A stretch of DNA of 64,000 bases from contig OZ176055.1 of assembly GCA_964247055.1 (NCBI GenBank), positions 7,130,001-7,194,000 on the forward strand, read 5' to 3'. Each line of letters opens with the position of its first letter. Position 1 is the first letter of the stretch. This stretch comes from Paragordius varius. Lineage: Eukaryota; Animalia; Nematomorpha. This document shows, one piece after another, positions 52,292 to 64,000 of this stretch. The position numbers were made by a program, and so were the translations under genes. The notes beneath the pieces were generated by a model that did no database searches, was not told the DNA's origin, and was given only the letters and a program-made list of their open reading frames with translations.

Positions 52292-53650
52292 CAAGTAAAC
52301 AGTGTAGCGTCGAAAGATCGTCGGACACCTGCCGTAAGGCAATTGCCCCGTAACGCATTGAGCTTCAGAGCGGGGAGACACATCGGAGGTTGGGTTTGAC
52401 GTTAGTATCTACATACATAAATAAATGCCTTCATGTTAGATGTGTTAATGTGAGTTAGTATAGTTAATAAGCTATATATATATATTAAAAGAGATGTTAA
52501 TTTCGCCCTGTTAGGTAGGTAAAAGCAATATTTGAGTTTAAATAACCGTACAAACGGGGTTTGATCCTTACTCCAGAAAGTAATGTCAAAGGTCTATGTC
52601 GGGTCAAATGTAGAGTTAATTTTAAAATCTTATCTTTGGTGTGGAAGGGGGTTTTCTTTAACTAAATGAGTGTGGCCTTTAAGGTAGACCAATTTTGGAG
52701 ATATTAGACATTACAAGCATCAAAGTTACCCCTTTGTCCGACCATGTTTCAGTTGTACCTTCAACTGGGCCAACCCGGGATAAGTGGTCGTTGACCTTGC
52801 TCTGAGCTAAGTCTCAACTCCGACCAACAGAGATGTCGGAGATTGGTAACCAGCCCTGCTCAAATATCAGCGGCTCCAACATTGTTTCCCAGGACGTCGT
52901 CCCACCATAATTGGCTAATAGTTTCGTCAGAGTCGCGTCTTGCATGATATAGGCTTTCAGTGCTACATTTTGTTCGTGGGATTTCTGTGTGAAGCAGTCT
53001 ATATTATTAACTAACTGTAATATAAGTGTTTACCATTAACAGATTTAGTTGTAAATATTACATCAATACTAACTGACTTTAACAGAGCGTTGTAAAATAA
53101 AAATTTATACCTTATCCAGCAGTGGATCAACCTTAAAATACTGACTTCGCAATAGCACCATTCAATCTGGAGCAAAGTATCCGGTTAAATAAAGTTGAAG
53201 ATTGGTAATCAGCCCTCAACTATCAGCGGTTCCGATGTCATCGTCATACAAGGAAGTTTTGCGTTGGGCTCCAACGGGATAGGATTAGTAACTCTGGTGC
53301 GTTTCCTCGTTGTCAGGAGTTTAAAAGTGATCGAGGTTTTTCGGATATAATCCTAATCGCGTTCATCAGCTCAGCTTCAAGAGCCCAGTTGGTCACAGTT
53401 ATTGAAGTTCTTTCGGTAAGTTTTAAAGATGGGGTCATTAGGTTGTACAGTCATTGTTCGATTCTAGCCTGGAGAGGATTTCGCCATTGTTGCGTCAGCC
53501 GGTACCATGGTAACGATTATGGGTAAAAAAGGTCTGACAATCGCATATGTAATATATAAAATACTGCCAATAAAGAGGTTACTTTATTTTGAATTAATTT
53601 AGGCATCAACGCGCCTTACATACAAAGGTGAGATGTGTGTTTGGGATATT
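52292..53650. mobile_element. GC-elevated ~1.36-kb insertion flanked by 13-bp direct repeats, unclassified
   Basis: CTCTATATAAGAA at 52279-52291 and 53651-53663; visibly higher GC than its surroundings; internal ~38-bp duplication at ~52841 and ~53200; no recognisable ORF. Confidence 0.45.
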
Positions 53651-53672
53651 CTCTATATAAGAATGGAATTAA

Positions 53673-54136
53673 CACTTGCAAGCAACACATTCATTTCAGT
53701 CCTTCCATCAAATTGGGGAACCATAAAAAAGTTTTACTTATATAACATGTATAAACCGGAATATATAAAAAACTTTTTTTTTAATTGACATTACTCATTT
53801 TAAGACCCAAAGGTGAAAATTTTAAACGAGACATCTATCAATCGTAAAATTAAAAAATACAAAATAACCGCTTTTTCTATTTCTATCAATGTTAGATGTA
53901 ATTTAAATAAAAAATTAGCTTTATTACCCTTAAAATTAAATGAAGACGATATTTTGTAAAAATGTAAAATAAAATGGCTTTGAAGTAGTTTGACATGGAA
54001 CTTTTTTTTATAACAAAATTTTATTTAGATAGTTTGGCATATTTATATAATTTTTATTAGGTTAGAATAATTTAAATTGGGATCGTGTCCTTCAGTAGTT
54101 TACAAATTTAATCTAGGGTATTTAGATATCGACGTG
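53673..54136. mobile_element. piggyBac-like MITE, copy E (degenerate right end)
   Basis: TTAA|CACTTGCAAGCAACACATTCATTTCAGTCCTTCCATCAAATTGGGG; internal blocks collinear with copy D. Confidence 0.8.
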
Positions 54137-57100
54137 TTTAATAAAAATTTGTTGGTGAAAGCCGAATGCCTTATTCCAAAAATATCACTAAAATACATCA
54201 TCCTCATATAAAAAGAAAAACAAATTTTTACAAAATTTTAAATGTGAGCAATGAAAGTCTATAATTTTAGGACCTGTTGTCTAAAATGAACAAGTTCTTA
54301 CAAATAGAGACGTATTAACATTATAAAGATATTAATTGTGAGAGCAAAAAAAATTTTTAATCGAAAAAATGACATTTTTCTTAAAAACTTAATTTATAGC
54401 AAAATAATGAACCGAGTATTTTGAGCATAGCGGAAACGGTATAAAAATGTCAATATGAACACTTTTTCTATAATATTTCTATCACCTCAGATTTCAATTT
54501 AGAGGTTAGTTTGATTTTAAATTAAAGTAAATTATGGTGAAAAAGACAATTTATCATTAACATATTCTAAGTTGACAGAAATGTTCATTATCATCATTGA
54601 TATATAGAGTAAGCTTGTTTATAAAATATCTTAAGCAATTTTATTCAGTTTCGATTATGCCTCAAATACGTTTTATAATATTTATTTATAAATTAGTTTT
54701 TTGAAAGTGGTCATTATTTCAAAAATATTTTCTAATGCCATAATCTAGCATATAGTTAACAAATTATTGCGAGATCCCTCATTTTCACTAAGAAGATTCG
54801 ACCATTTTAAAAGTGCGAAAAAACTTGAGACTTGGAATTTCATAAAAATTAAAGAATTATAAAAACAGTATTTTGCTTTTTATTTACATCATAGGATGAT
54901 ATTTTTGAAATAAAGCTTTTAGCTTTTACCAAAACATTTAATCTCTGACAATGTACATAAATTTTCCGCTTTTTCGATATGATCCAGCAAATGCAGATTC
55001 TTACGTAGGCCCCATACCCAAAAGCACCATGAGATTGCTGATATATATAGCTATGATAATATACATATTTCATCGGGATATTTTTTGTACTCCTTTTGGA
55101 AGCGGTGTAACAAGATGATGCTGAACAGTTCTCTGTCACCTCACAATTTTAATAAAAGATCCTTTCGTTATATATTTATAATTTTTTTTTAAAAAACAAT
55201 TATCTAACTAAACTTTCATTTCATTTTTTTAAATAGACTATCTTTTCTACCCTAAGGCAAAAAATACTACTGTATGAGTTGTTTTAGGTAAAAATTAATT
55301 ATTAAATCTCATGTATTAGTTAGAGACGCTTATACTTTTTTAACAGGTTTCAACTTCTACAGTCCCGAATTCGGATAGCAAAAGAGGATCAAAGAAACAG
55401 CTAATTTCTATAAAATTTTGCTGGTAAAATGGAATCGACAGCATTCTTAAGTTAATTATTTGCATTTTTTTAACCATAATATACATAAATTTGTTGTATT
55501 AGGGATTTTAAAAAATCAAAAGAATAAAAATGATGGCGAGAAAGTTTGAGATGAAGATTACAAATTTATTTTTTTAATAAAAATTTTCAGACATGCGTCT
55601 AAAAATTTTAAGGAAATATTTTTGACCCAATCCACCATGAAAATCCTGATACATAAGTTTATCAGAATATATATATATATATATATATTTCATCGAGTTT
55701 TTCATAACTTCTGGTTATGTGCGCAGTATATATATATCTTTATTTTTTATCGCTGACCCACTCACGTGTCGCTGTGACTTAGTCTCGATAATTAGTGAAT
55801 CGACAAACAAATATATGCAATTAACTGAGAAAACGGGAAAAAAAGATTTTTAAAATCTGAGCATATTTTTATCAAAAATGTCTTACCCATCTCTCCATTG
55901 CATTCACCAATATTATTGTCATTACACTCTATTTATACTTATATTCAACTATTTTACTACCTGTTTAAAAAGTTTTTTCTTTAAAAATGTGATAAAAATT
56001 ATTTAATAGTGTCTGATCCATGAAAAATAGACTCGACAATGATCCCCGTTATAAAAAGAATGTATGAGAATAGATTTTTACGAATTCCCCCAAACATTCA
56101 TTTTAAGGGCCATATCAGAAAATGTCTGACTCACCCTCAATGCCTTTTAGAAATTATCCACCTTAAATCATTTCTGAAAGATACATTAACAATAACTTAA
56201 AAATTCCATTTTCACAAGGCAAGGTTGAACTGAGGACCTAAAAAAAGTGGCCCGGACATCATCTTAAAATTTATAAATGAATAAAAATTTTGACTTTGGA
56301 AATAGAAGCTTCGTTTTCCTGGAAATTTCTTCATATTCAAAATAGCGGTGCTACTCTGTCAAATTTTAAAAGACAAAAATTTCTTAAAATGAGCCCCTCA
56401 CGTTTTTTAGAGAATTTTAACCATTAATTAGAAAACATATTTTCATACATGCAGGGCTGAACCGAGGAGCTTAAAAAGATGGTTCCGTTACCCTTGGCGC
56501 ATCCGCGACACAATCAAAAAATTATTCCATTTATATAGGCCTCCACGTTAATCATGATGAAAACTAAACATTTCATCTTATAAAATCCTTGTCAATCACA
56601 GAATCATTTGACAAGTTTTACAAAAAGTATCTTGAATTTGTAGTCGAGATGATCTTTATAATATTTTGAGGTAAAAGTTCAGCATGATTATTAAAAAAAT
56701 TTTAACATCTTAAAGTGATTTCGTTTTCTAACAATATTCAAAAAAACCATAAAAACAAAATTAAAAATCTAAATTTATAGCCAAGTATATGATATCTTTC
56801 ATAAATAATACATTTTGATGTCATAATATAGCAATGTTAAAAATTATCACGCAATATCAGTTCTTTTACGCCTCTTGAAAATCAGTTCATTTTAACGAGT
56901 TCAAGCGAAACTCTCAGAACTCTAATTTTAATTTAATTAATTGTTTTGCATTTGAAATATAGTTTATGATATATTTCAAAATATTTTTTAGAAAGAAGCA
57001 TTCATTTTTTATTGGTAAAAAGTGGTACGGACGATGCTTTTAATTTTGCTATTTTTTTTACTACGAGTTTTAACATTAAAGATTAAATTATATTTTAAAT

Positions 57101-58075
57101 GACGCGTCGAAACGATTTGTCGAAAAAAATGGTTTCTATGTGGCAAACAGCTTTGTTTTTTATTTAATTTTTTAAGAAGAGCCCTACAAAATCTTTTAAA
57201 AGTCATTCGATTCCAATATTTTGATACATTCTGAGATTACATAAAAATGATTATAGCACAAACTACAATTATGACTCGAATTTTCACTTACATACGATTT
57301 TATTAGCATAAAATAAACTCATGTCATTTTATTTGTTATTTTCAAAATACAGGGCCATGTAAATGACCCGGATCAATCATTCAATGACTCAAAATTGCAT
57401 TAATATTCTATGCCCCGAAAAACCAAATATTTAAATACATTATGAGTTAGAAGTAGGAAGCAAATAGAAATCACTCAAGTTGGGCTTATTTACTTGGCCC
57501 CAAATTTTTTGCCTATCCATAAATTATATTAATATTTTAAGCCATATAATAACATTATTTTTAATTATTTTTCTAACGATATCACCATCAATCGTTGATA
57601 TTGCGCAGAATCAATTAAATCTCGCAAATTAAATTCTTAAACTCATGTTTGCAATTCACGCATTGCTGGCCAAAAGATTGACTTTAATGAAGGCATCTCT
57701 AAATATTTATGAAAATAATAAAAAAATTTATTATCTAGAGTGCAAGTCTGTGTTTAGTTATAAAAAAAGTAAAAACTTGCAAATATAATTGCGTCTAAAC
57801 AAAAGAATATATAATGCAACTAAGCACTATAAAAATGTAAATGCAGTCATTATACATGATTGGTTGAAAAATTGAGATTCTAAATATAAATCTAAAAATT
57901 TACAGTAATGTATTGCAATAATTGGACTAAAAATTTTGTATTTAAATCTATTGCCATAATAATATAATAAATACACATGTAAATATGTTAAATGCATAAT
58001 CAAATAAATATCAGGTAATTAAAAAAATATGTATAGCACCATCAAGCATAATGTCAAAAACTGTCGCGTTTACAT

Positions 58076-61000
58076 TCACATCAAGACAAAACATTTCCCA
58101 TCCTTTAAATCATATCCACTTGTTGAATATGATTTTCTAAAATAAATAATAGTTATGAAATATAAAAATTCCAACAAAAATATAAAAAATGAGTTTACTC
58201 AATTTCCATAAATGTTGCCATAGTGTGTTTGATCAAGTTTTTAGCTCCATGATTGTTAGCGAATGGTAGATGTAATTTTCCATAACTTTTTATATGTATA
58301 TCCCAGGCCATCCCTTTCTGAGATTCTTTTTCCAGGCCACTATCAGTAGAGTCTAAAGAAATGGTTCGATTTAACCCAGAACCAATAGTGTAGGCATTTG
58401 AAAAAACTGTGATTTGTGATTCCCCCACATATTGTAGCCTGGGGGAAATACAGTAAAAATTAAAATTATGCTTAGAAACAACGTAAAAATTAAAAACCAT
58501 ATTTTTTAATTCTAAATATATAAAATAGATCTCTTTGTTTTGATTTGCAAAGTAACGAATAGAAATGATTGTTTATTCCACGAAATTATAAAATCTAAAT
58601 TCTGATTATATAGTTTATAGATAGATCTAGGCGATCTTTTCTAATAGTTGACTTTTCTATGTTTTTCCTTAATAATTTTATTCATTACTACAGTTATGAA
58701 TACAGGGTAAAAGTCACTTTTTCTTTTTTTCTTATATAAATATACCATCCTGACTGACGCGTTAAAAAAGATTATTAAACATTAGCATTAAAGGAAAGAA
58801 AATAAAAAAAACCTAATTTTAAGGTTCATAGTGTAATTTTGCCTGAAAAGATCCATAGATAGATGGCCATAAGCTGATGCCCGAATCAGGCCATACACAT
58901 TAGAGGTGACTGGAAACCCGTTTGCCAAGCAAAATATATTGTTTTCATCATGGATCAGAAAATTTATCTATGAAAACAATTTGAAAAATACAATCATATC
59001 ATATAACAATGGATTGAGTAAACATATGCTCGTACACCTATTGTACGACAATAAATTTGCATAGCATAAAAGTAACTATGTATGTTTCAAATTATATATG
59101 TAACCGTTTAAGAAATTGTATCCTATTTTATTTTGTAATTTTCGTAAAATAGAAAAATGCAATTATTTTTATCTCTATAAAATTATCAAACGATCTATAT
59201 GATAAAATTTGTTTCTATAATAAAACTCAAAAGCGGAGTTGATGTGCAAATAAATAATATCTCTGCACTTTTCCAATAATCCCCCCCTCAAATAAATGCC
59301 CAATTAGAGTTAAATTTTTGACACGATCAAACGAATTAGACTAATGACTTATACATGTACAGTTCGTGACCAATAATATTCACACAAACGAAAATATGAT
59401 TTTAACCATTAAATCGATCAAATTAGTTTCAATTTTGAAAATATTTTTAAACAATAAACGAATTCGATATAATAAAAAATTTCATTTTTAAAGTAAACAT
59501 ATCAAAACATGTTAAGTATTTCTTTTTATCCACACAAGTTTCGATAGCCACAATACAAAAGTAATATATTGACCGAAAATTAATTTACATCAAAAAAGTT
59601 TTTATATCCCTCATCCATGGTTTCCGTATTAGTTATTTGCAAGGCTAAATCTATCAAATCTTGTTTCCCATGTACGAGGGAAAGGGGCTGACCCTCTAAA
59701 CTTAACATACGGTTGAGTAAGGCCTCACTTAAATCAGGGTAGTCTCGTGTCGAAGGTAACTCCCCTACATCTTGGTGTTTATGAAGATCCAACATTTGAC
59801 CTAGGTTTTAAAACAATTTTTAAAACTTTTTTATTTTAAAATAATGTCATTTTAAAGCACAGTACTCATATCAAGGCCCATGGGCCGCATGCGATCCTAA
59901 AAATGCTTTTTTGTGACCCTAAATTGTTAATTAAATTTTTTTAAGCATTTATTTGAAGCATAAATATTTAAATCGGTATTATATACCCTAGAGACAAGAA
60001 AATTGTTTTTTGGCCCGTAAATTTTTAGTGAGTGCCAATGTTCTAATATATTTGAAAAAGATACTTTCTAACATATACAACCACCGTAGTCAAATCTCTT
60101 TTGTTAAGCACACATTATTTTTGTAAGTAACCCATTCAAAATTATTTTGAAACTTTCTTAATACTTTAGTGCCAAAACTATCTAACCATAAAAGTGCATC
60201 AAACAGATTCTTAAAAATAAAATATGCATAAAAATTTCTAACAGTTAGCTATTACAAATGATTATATTGAAATATCCTTATAAACTCATTTATTGGCATA
60301 TACAATTAACACAAGATTGGTTTGTGCGATCCCATACTTTCTTAAAACTTAGAAGTGTATATAAGAAAATAAGAGCATGTTAAAATACCCATAGTTGAAA
60401 AGGCTAAGGTGATTTCTGGTGATGATTTAAGATTGGATCCAAAGCTTTTTTCGAACGCCAAAAAAGATAATGCAGCAAATCCATTAACAATTTCGTGGAT
60501 ACCCTGAGCCAGTCCGGATGTTTTTAAATCAATCTAGGGAGAGATAGCCAAAAATATTAATGGTAAAGAAATTGTTTAAAAACCTGTTATCAGGATTGAA
60601 AAACAATATGTATAAAAATTTATGAGAGACGCATAATAAACGTTGCTTACTTTTAAAATTGGTTGTCCTTTAAGCAAAAAGCCGATATTTACGTGTGTAG
60701 GAAATCCGGAAAAATCTTTTTGATAATCAACTTGATAAGAAAAATCTATAATAAAAATATTTCTGAAAATATCCTATTCGCCGGGTTAATAATCACTTAG
60801 TATTAATAATACCTTTTGTGATTGGTGTAATAATGTATGGTTTTGTGGTGGCTGAATTACCAAATAACATTAAATAGGGTTTTTGGAAACGGTTTGCAAT
60901 CATTCTATACATATCGCTACATATGCAGAAAAACAAGTAAATTAGATTTATAAAATTATATGTAATTAAACAACCTTACTGCATACTTTTCTCTAGTTCT

Positions 61001-64000
61001 CCGTTTAAAGGATTCATCTGTGTTAAGGAATTTTATAAAACTATGAAACACATCTTGAAATAGTTTTAAACTGTTCTTATGGCTATAGTGAGTTGACTTA
61101 TCGGTCAATTGTTTTTTGATGAATATTGAAATAAAAATTCGATTTAGTATTCCTTCAATCATAAATGGACTTCTATCACATTTTAGGGCTAAGTCAAAAG
61201 CTAAAGGAACAAAACTATCAAAGCGACCATCCGTATGCAATGTGAGTATATTAGCTATCCCATGTAATACATTATAGGGGTGTATGTTGTTTAATAACGA
61301 TTCATCATCTATCATACCAGGGGACGAAGGTATATAAAAATTCATATTAGAAAGCATTTCTAACGGATTTCGTCTAGGATCCTGGGCATTTAAATAATCT
61401 ATTTTTTCCATTTTATGGAGCATTGAGCACGGAAATTTCGATATGGCTTCAATGATATTTGTGAGAACAGATGAGTGATTCCCATAGTGCTTATTATTTT
61501 TATTATCGTGATAAGATGCATATCTCAAGAGTTGATATGTTAGTAATGATAAACTTTGATACGTTCGTACATTAGCCAGTGCGTTATGTATAATAATTAA
61601 CTGATCTAAAATGTCAGTATTTTGTGCATTTATATCCTCATATAATTGCTTGTTTAGCATTGTCAGTCGATGTGTAGCAAACGTGTAGAATTCGTTAATA
61701 AAATGATACTTTGCATCCTACACACATATAAAGTTATATGGTATTTAGGGTTCTTACCAATATAAAGAAAACTTGTAACAATAGTATGTTCGCAAAATAA
61801 ATTATAAATAAACAATGTACAAATTTCGAAAAAATTGTAACCTTTGAAACAAGGCAATAAGTATTGTAGTTACATTCTTTCCAAATCAAAACACTAGCCA
61901 AGTTTAGAAGGGAAGAAAATCGTTGGATAGAAAAATCATTGGATAAGGATTTGGCACTTTCAAAGTGAGAGTTTAAATGTTCCTAAAAAGAACAATACAC
62001 CTAAATATATAAGCTAACACATACAAAGATTTTTTGTTAAATCTAACAATTTTTTTGGCAAAATTTTGGGTTATAATATAAAACGCATTATTTTGCATAC
62101 TAATATATCTTTTATGATAAAAAGATTTTTTGTTATATCTAACATTTTTTTTGGCAAAATATTGGGTTATAATATAAAACTCATTATGCATACTAATATA
62201 TCTTTTATGAGATCAATGGTAGAATAGCCATTTGACAGAGTGCCAACGATTGGCCTTATTTGGGCAAGAGCTAAAACACTTCGGATAAAATACGGTTTAA
62301 GCTGTTCCTTTAAATATTCGTCAAAGTTGGGCTTATCATTCAATTCGTGTTGTACTTTGGTATAATTGAAAATATCAATATTAATATAATTATTCTTAAT
62401 TTCCGTTTTTGCAGGTTGAGAAAGTTGTAAAAGATATTGAGATGCAAATTTGAGCGTTGAAGACGTTTGTGCAGACAGAGTGATTTCTATCATCACTGGT
62501 CTTGATATGGACAAAAAGAAATGTTTTAGGACTCATATAAATTTTAAATGAGCAAATCAAAAAAACCTTACAGTGTTTGAGGCCATTGATCTAGGACTTT
62601 ATGAAAGATTTTAAAAATTTGAGATTGTTCAGAATCATCATTTTCCTGTAGTTTATATCCTTGTCTTAAAAGTTTTATCAGGTGAATTTTTTGATGTTGG
62701 ACTTCAAAGCTAAGAGGATTAGTTGAAAGATATTTGGCCAACACTTCGTAATGGTGCAGAAATTCATTCTTCAATATATTTATAAATATAATTTTTCTAA
62801 GCCTTTTAACCATAATATAACATTAATATTATAAATAATTTTTTACAAATATTTTAGGCTAATGTAAACGGAAATTTAGGTAAAACGGACAATAATACCT
62901 CAGAATCTATATTTTCTGCATTTTGTTTTACATGTAAAGTTGAATCATGGTCGGGATTAAATTTAAGGGTTTGAGAATTCATTTTAACGGAATATTTGGG
63001 ATCAATTTGGAGTAAGGCTTCATTTAAATTGGATGCACCTTCGATTATTTCTTGACGGGTTAATCGTTCAACTTTAACCAAGGTCAATTTTTGGCTAAAT
63101 ATATTTAAAAAATCTTGATAAACATTTTTTAAACATGTCAAATTGTGTTAATTATAATTCTAAAGTTGCGGATAAGCTTTTGATCATAAAATTAAGGACC
63201 TGATATCTTATTTGATTTTGTTGATGGATCAAATAAAAAGTTATATCAAAATTACCATAAAGGCAAATATTGGGCACATTATGCCATAACTAAGAAGTTA
63301 GTTACCATTTAATTACATTTTCAGCAATACATGGTAATCTCGTGTAAAATCATCGTTTTTGTTAAATTAGACTTATATATATTCAACAAAAGCTTTTGGG
63401 AGCCTTTTTTAGTTAAAAAATTTGCATTTTCTTGCATCTTATGATAAAGGTTAATTTTTGATTTGGTAGCTCATTAAATTTGGTAAAAAGGTGGAATCAT
63501 ATATATAGTCATACTTAACGGAACAATTAAATATTTTAGTGTAAGGTGATAAGTAAGATGTTAGTATAGTTCTCGATTGACTGCGAACACTTGAAAAATA
63601 TGATAAAGGATCATTGTTTTTGAAAAGAAAATGCGTTTTATCCAACGGATTAAAGTCATACAGCGTTTGAGTTGTGGTATACATATCTAAACTTTTGATC
63701 TAAAAAATAGTGCGCTATAGAGTTCAATATAAAAAAGTTTTAAAAAATAAGTTAAACTATGCTTCGATCTTGTGAGAAAGCAGAAAATGCTGGATGATGA
63801 CAGAATTTATTTTTGCGAATTTTATATCCGGTTTTGTACACATAATTGACTTCGCAATCATGCTGAGTGTCTCGCTACAAAGTTAAATACGAAACTACGA
63901 ACCTCGGTCATATTATGATTGGTAAATTGAAATAAGCTTAAAATTCCCTTTTTAATCTGCAGCTCAAACGGACTCTCCATATTATTGATAAAAAGTGGAG
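58076..64000 (-). CDS. MTTP: Microsomal triglyceride transfer protein large subunit-like (large lipid transfer protein family), 5'-partial, multi-exon
   Basis: Spliced segments follow recalled MTP in order: QIKKGILSLFQ..E/RDTQHDCEVNY (ENIKRGLASLFQ..EVDISGNCKVTY); SQKLTLVKVE (SKQKLELKTTE); an alpha-helical domain; IDLKTSGL (VIEAQGL); NRMLSLEGQPLSLVHG (KMLSASGDPISVVKG); LIHDENNIFCLANGFPVTSNVYG ([22 protein letters not shown]). Stop TGA at 58076; the frame is open at the window edge. Confidence 0.82.
59858..60040. mobile_element. hAT MITE related to the 9563-11472 element, in an MTP intron
   Basis: GGCCCGTAAATTTTTAGTGAGTGCCAATG is the near reverse complement of CAGTGGTACTCACTAAAAAAATTTGACGGGCC at 9563; the other end carries GTACTCA..GGGCCGCATGCG. 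Confidence 0.75.
62025..62210. repeat. Tandem duplication (~93-96 bp) spanning an MTP exon-intron junction
   Basis: AAAGATTTTTTGTTA..TTGGCAAAAT.TTGGGTTATAATATAAAAC.CATTA..GCATACTAATATATCTTTTATGA at 62025-62117 and 62121-62210. Confidence 0.92.

Noticed and set aside
53325-53385. Hammerhead ribozyme (CTGATGA...CGAAA on the minus strand), as in Penelope elements
   Set aside because: Nine unpaired bases separate CTGATGA from the only plausible stem II, and stems I and III cannot be formed.
56000-56560. Decayed transposase or hidden exon in a slightly GC-richer patch
   Set aside because: The minus-strand frames I translated are interrupted by stops and show no recognisable motif; the plus strand was not fully examined.
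57347-57503. Small MITE with ~21-bp inverted ends (CAGGGCCATGTAAAT / ATTTACTTGGCCCC)
   Set aside because: It is a single degenerate copy with no clear TSD, too weak to list as a feature.
58076-58130. CaaX prenylation motif suggesting a phosphorylase kinase subunit
   Set aside because: The Cys is fifth from the end (CFVLM), and the rest of the protein matches MTP, not PHKA/PHKB.

Overview
This is a very AT-rich, intron-containing, transposon-littered stretch of an animal nuclear genome; there is no prokaryotic, CRISPR, rRNA or tRNA signal. The cuticle-type ZP gene suggests an ecdysozoan, for example a horsehair worm, but that is inference and cannot be confirmed from the sequence. Spliced by hand, the window holds seven recognisable multi-exon genes: RPL30 (-), TYW1 (-), an LBR-like RS + sterol reductase gene (+), a highly divergent homeobox gene (-), a membrane-anchored ZP-domain gene (+), BAZ1A/ACF1 (-) and a 5'-partial MTP/large lipid transfer protein gene (-). 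An orphan 84-aa ORF abuts RPL30. Repeats include a 2.6-kb higher-order satellite, five copies of a piggyBac-like TTAA MITE, a Buster/SPIN-type hAT relic with a perfect 8-bp TSD plus related MITEs, and two Mos1-like mariner relics. The most striking observation is a class of ultra-short GT-AG introns (22, 25, 28, 30, 31, 31, 34 and 38 nt) that must be spliced to restore conserved reading frames. They coexist with ordinary 55-100 nt introns and kb-sized TE-filled introns. All protein assignments come from recalled family motifs, not database searches.
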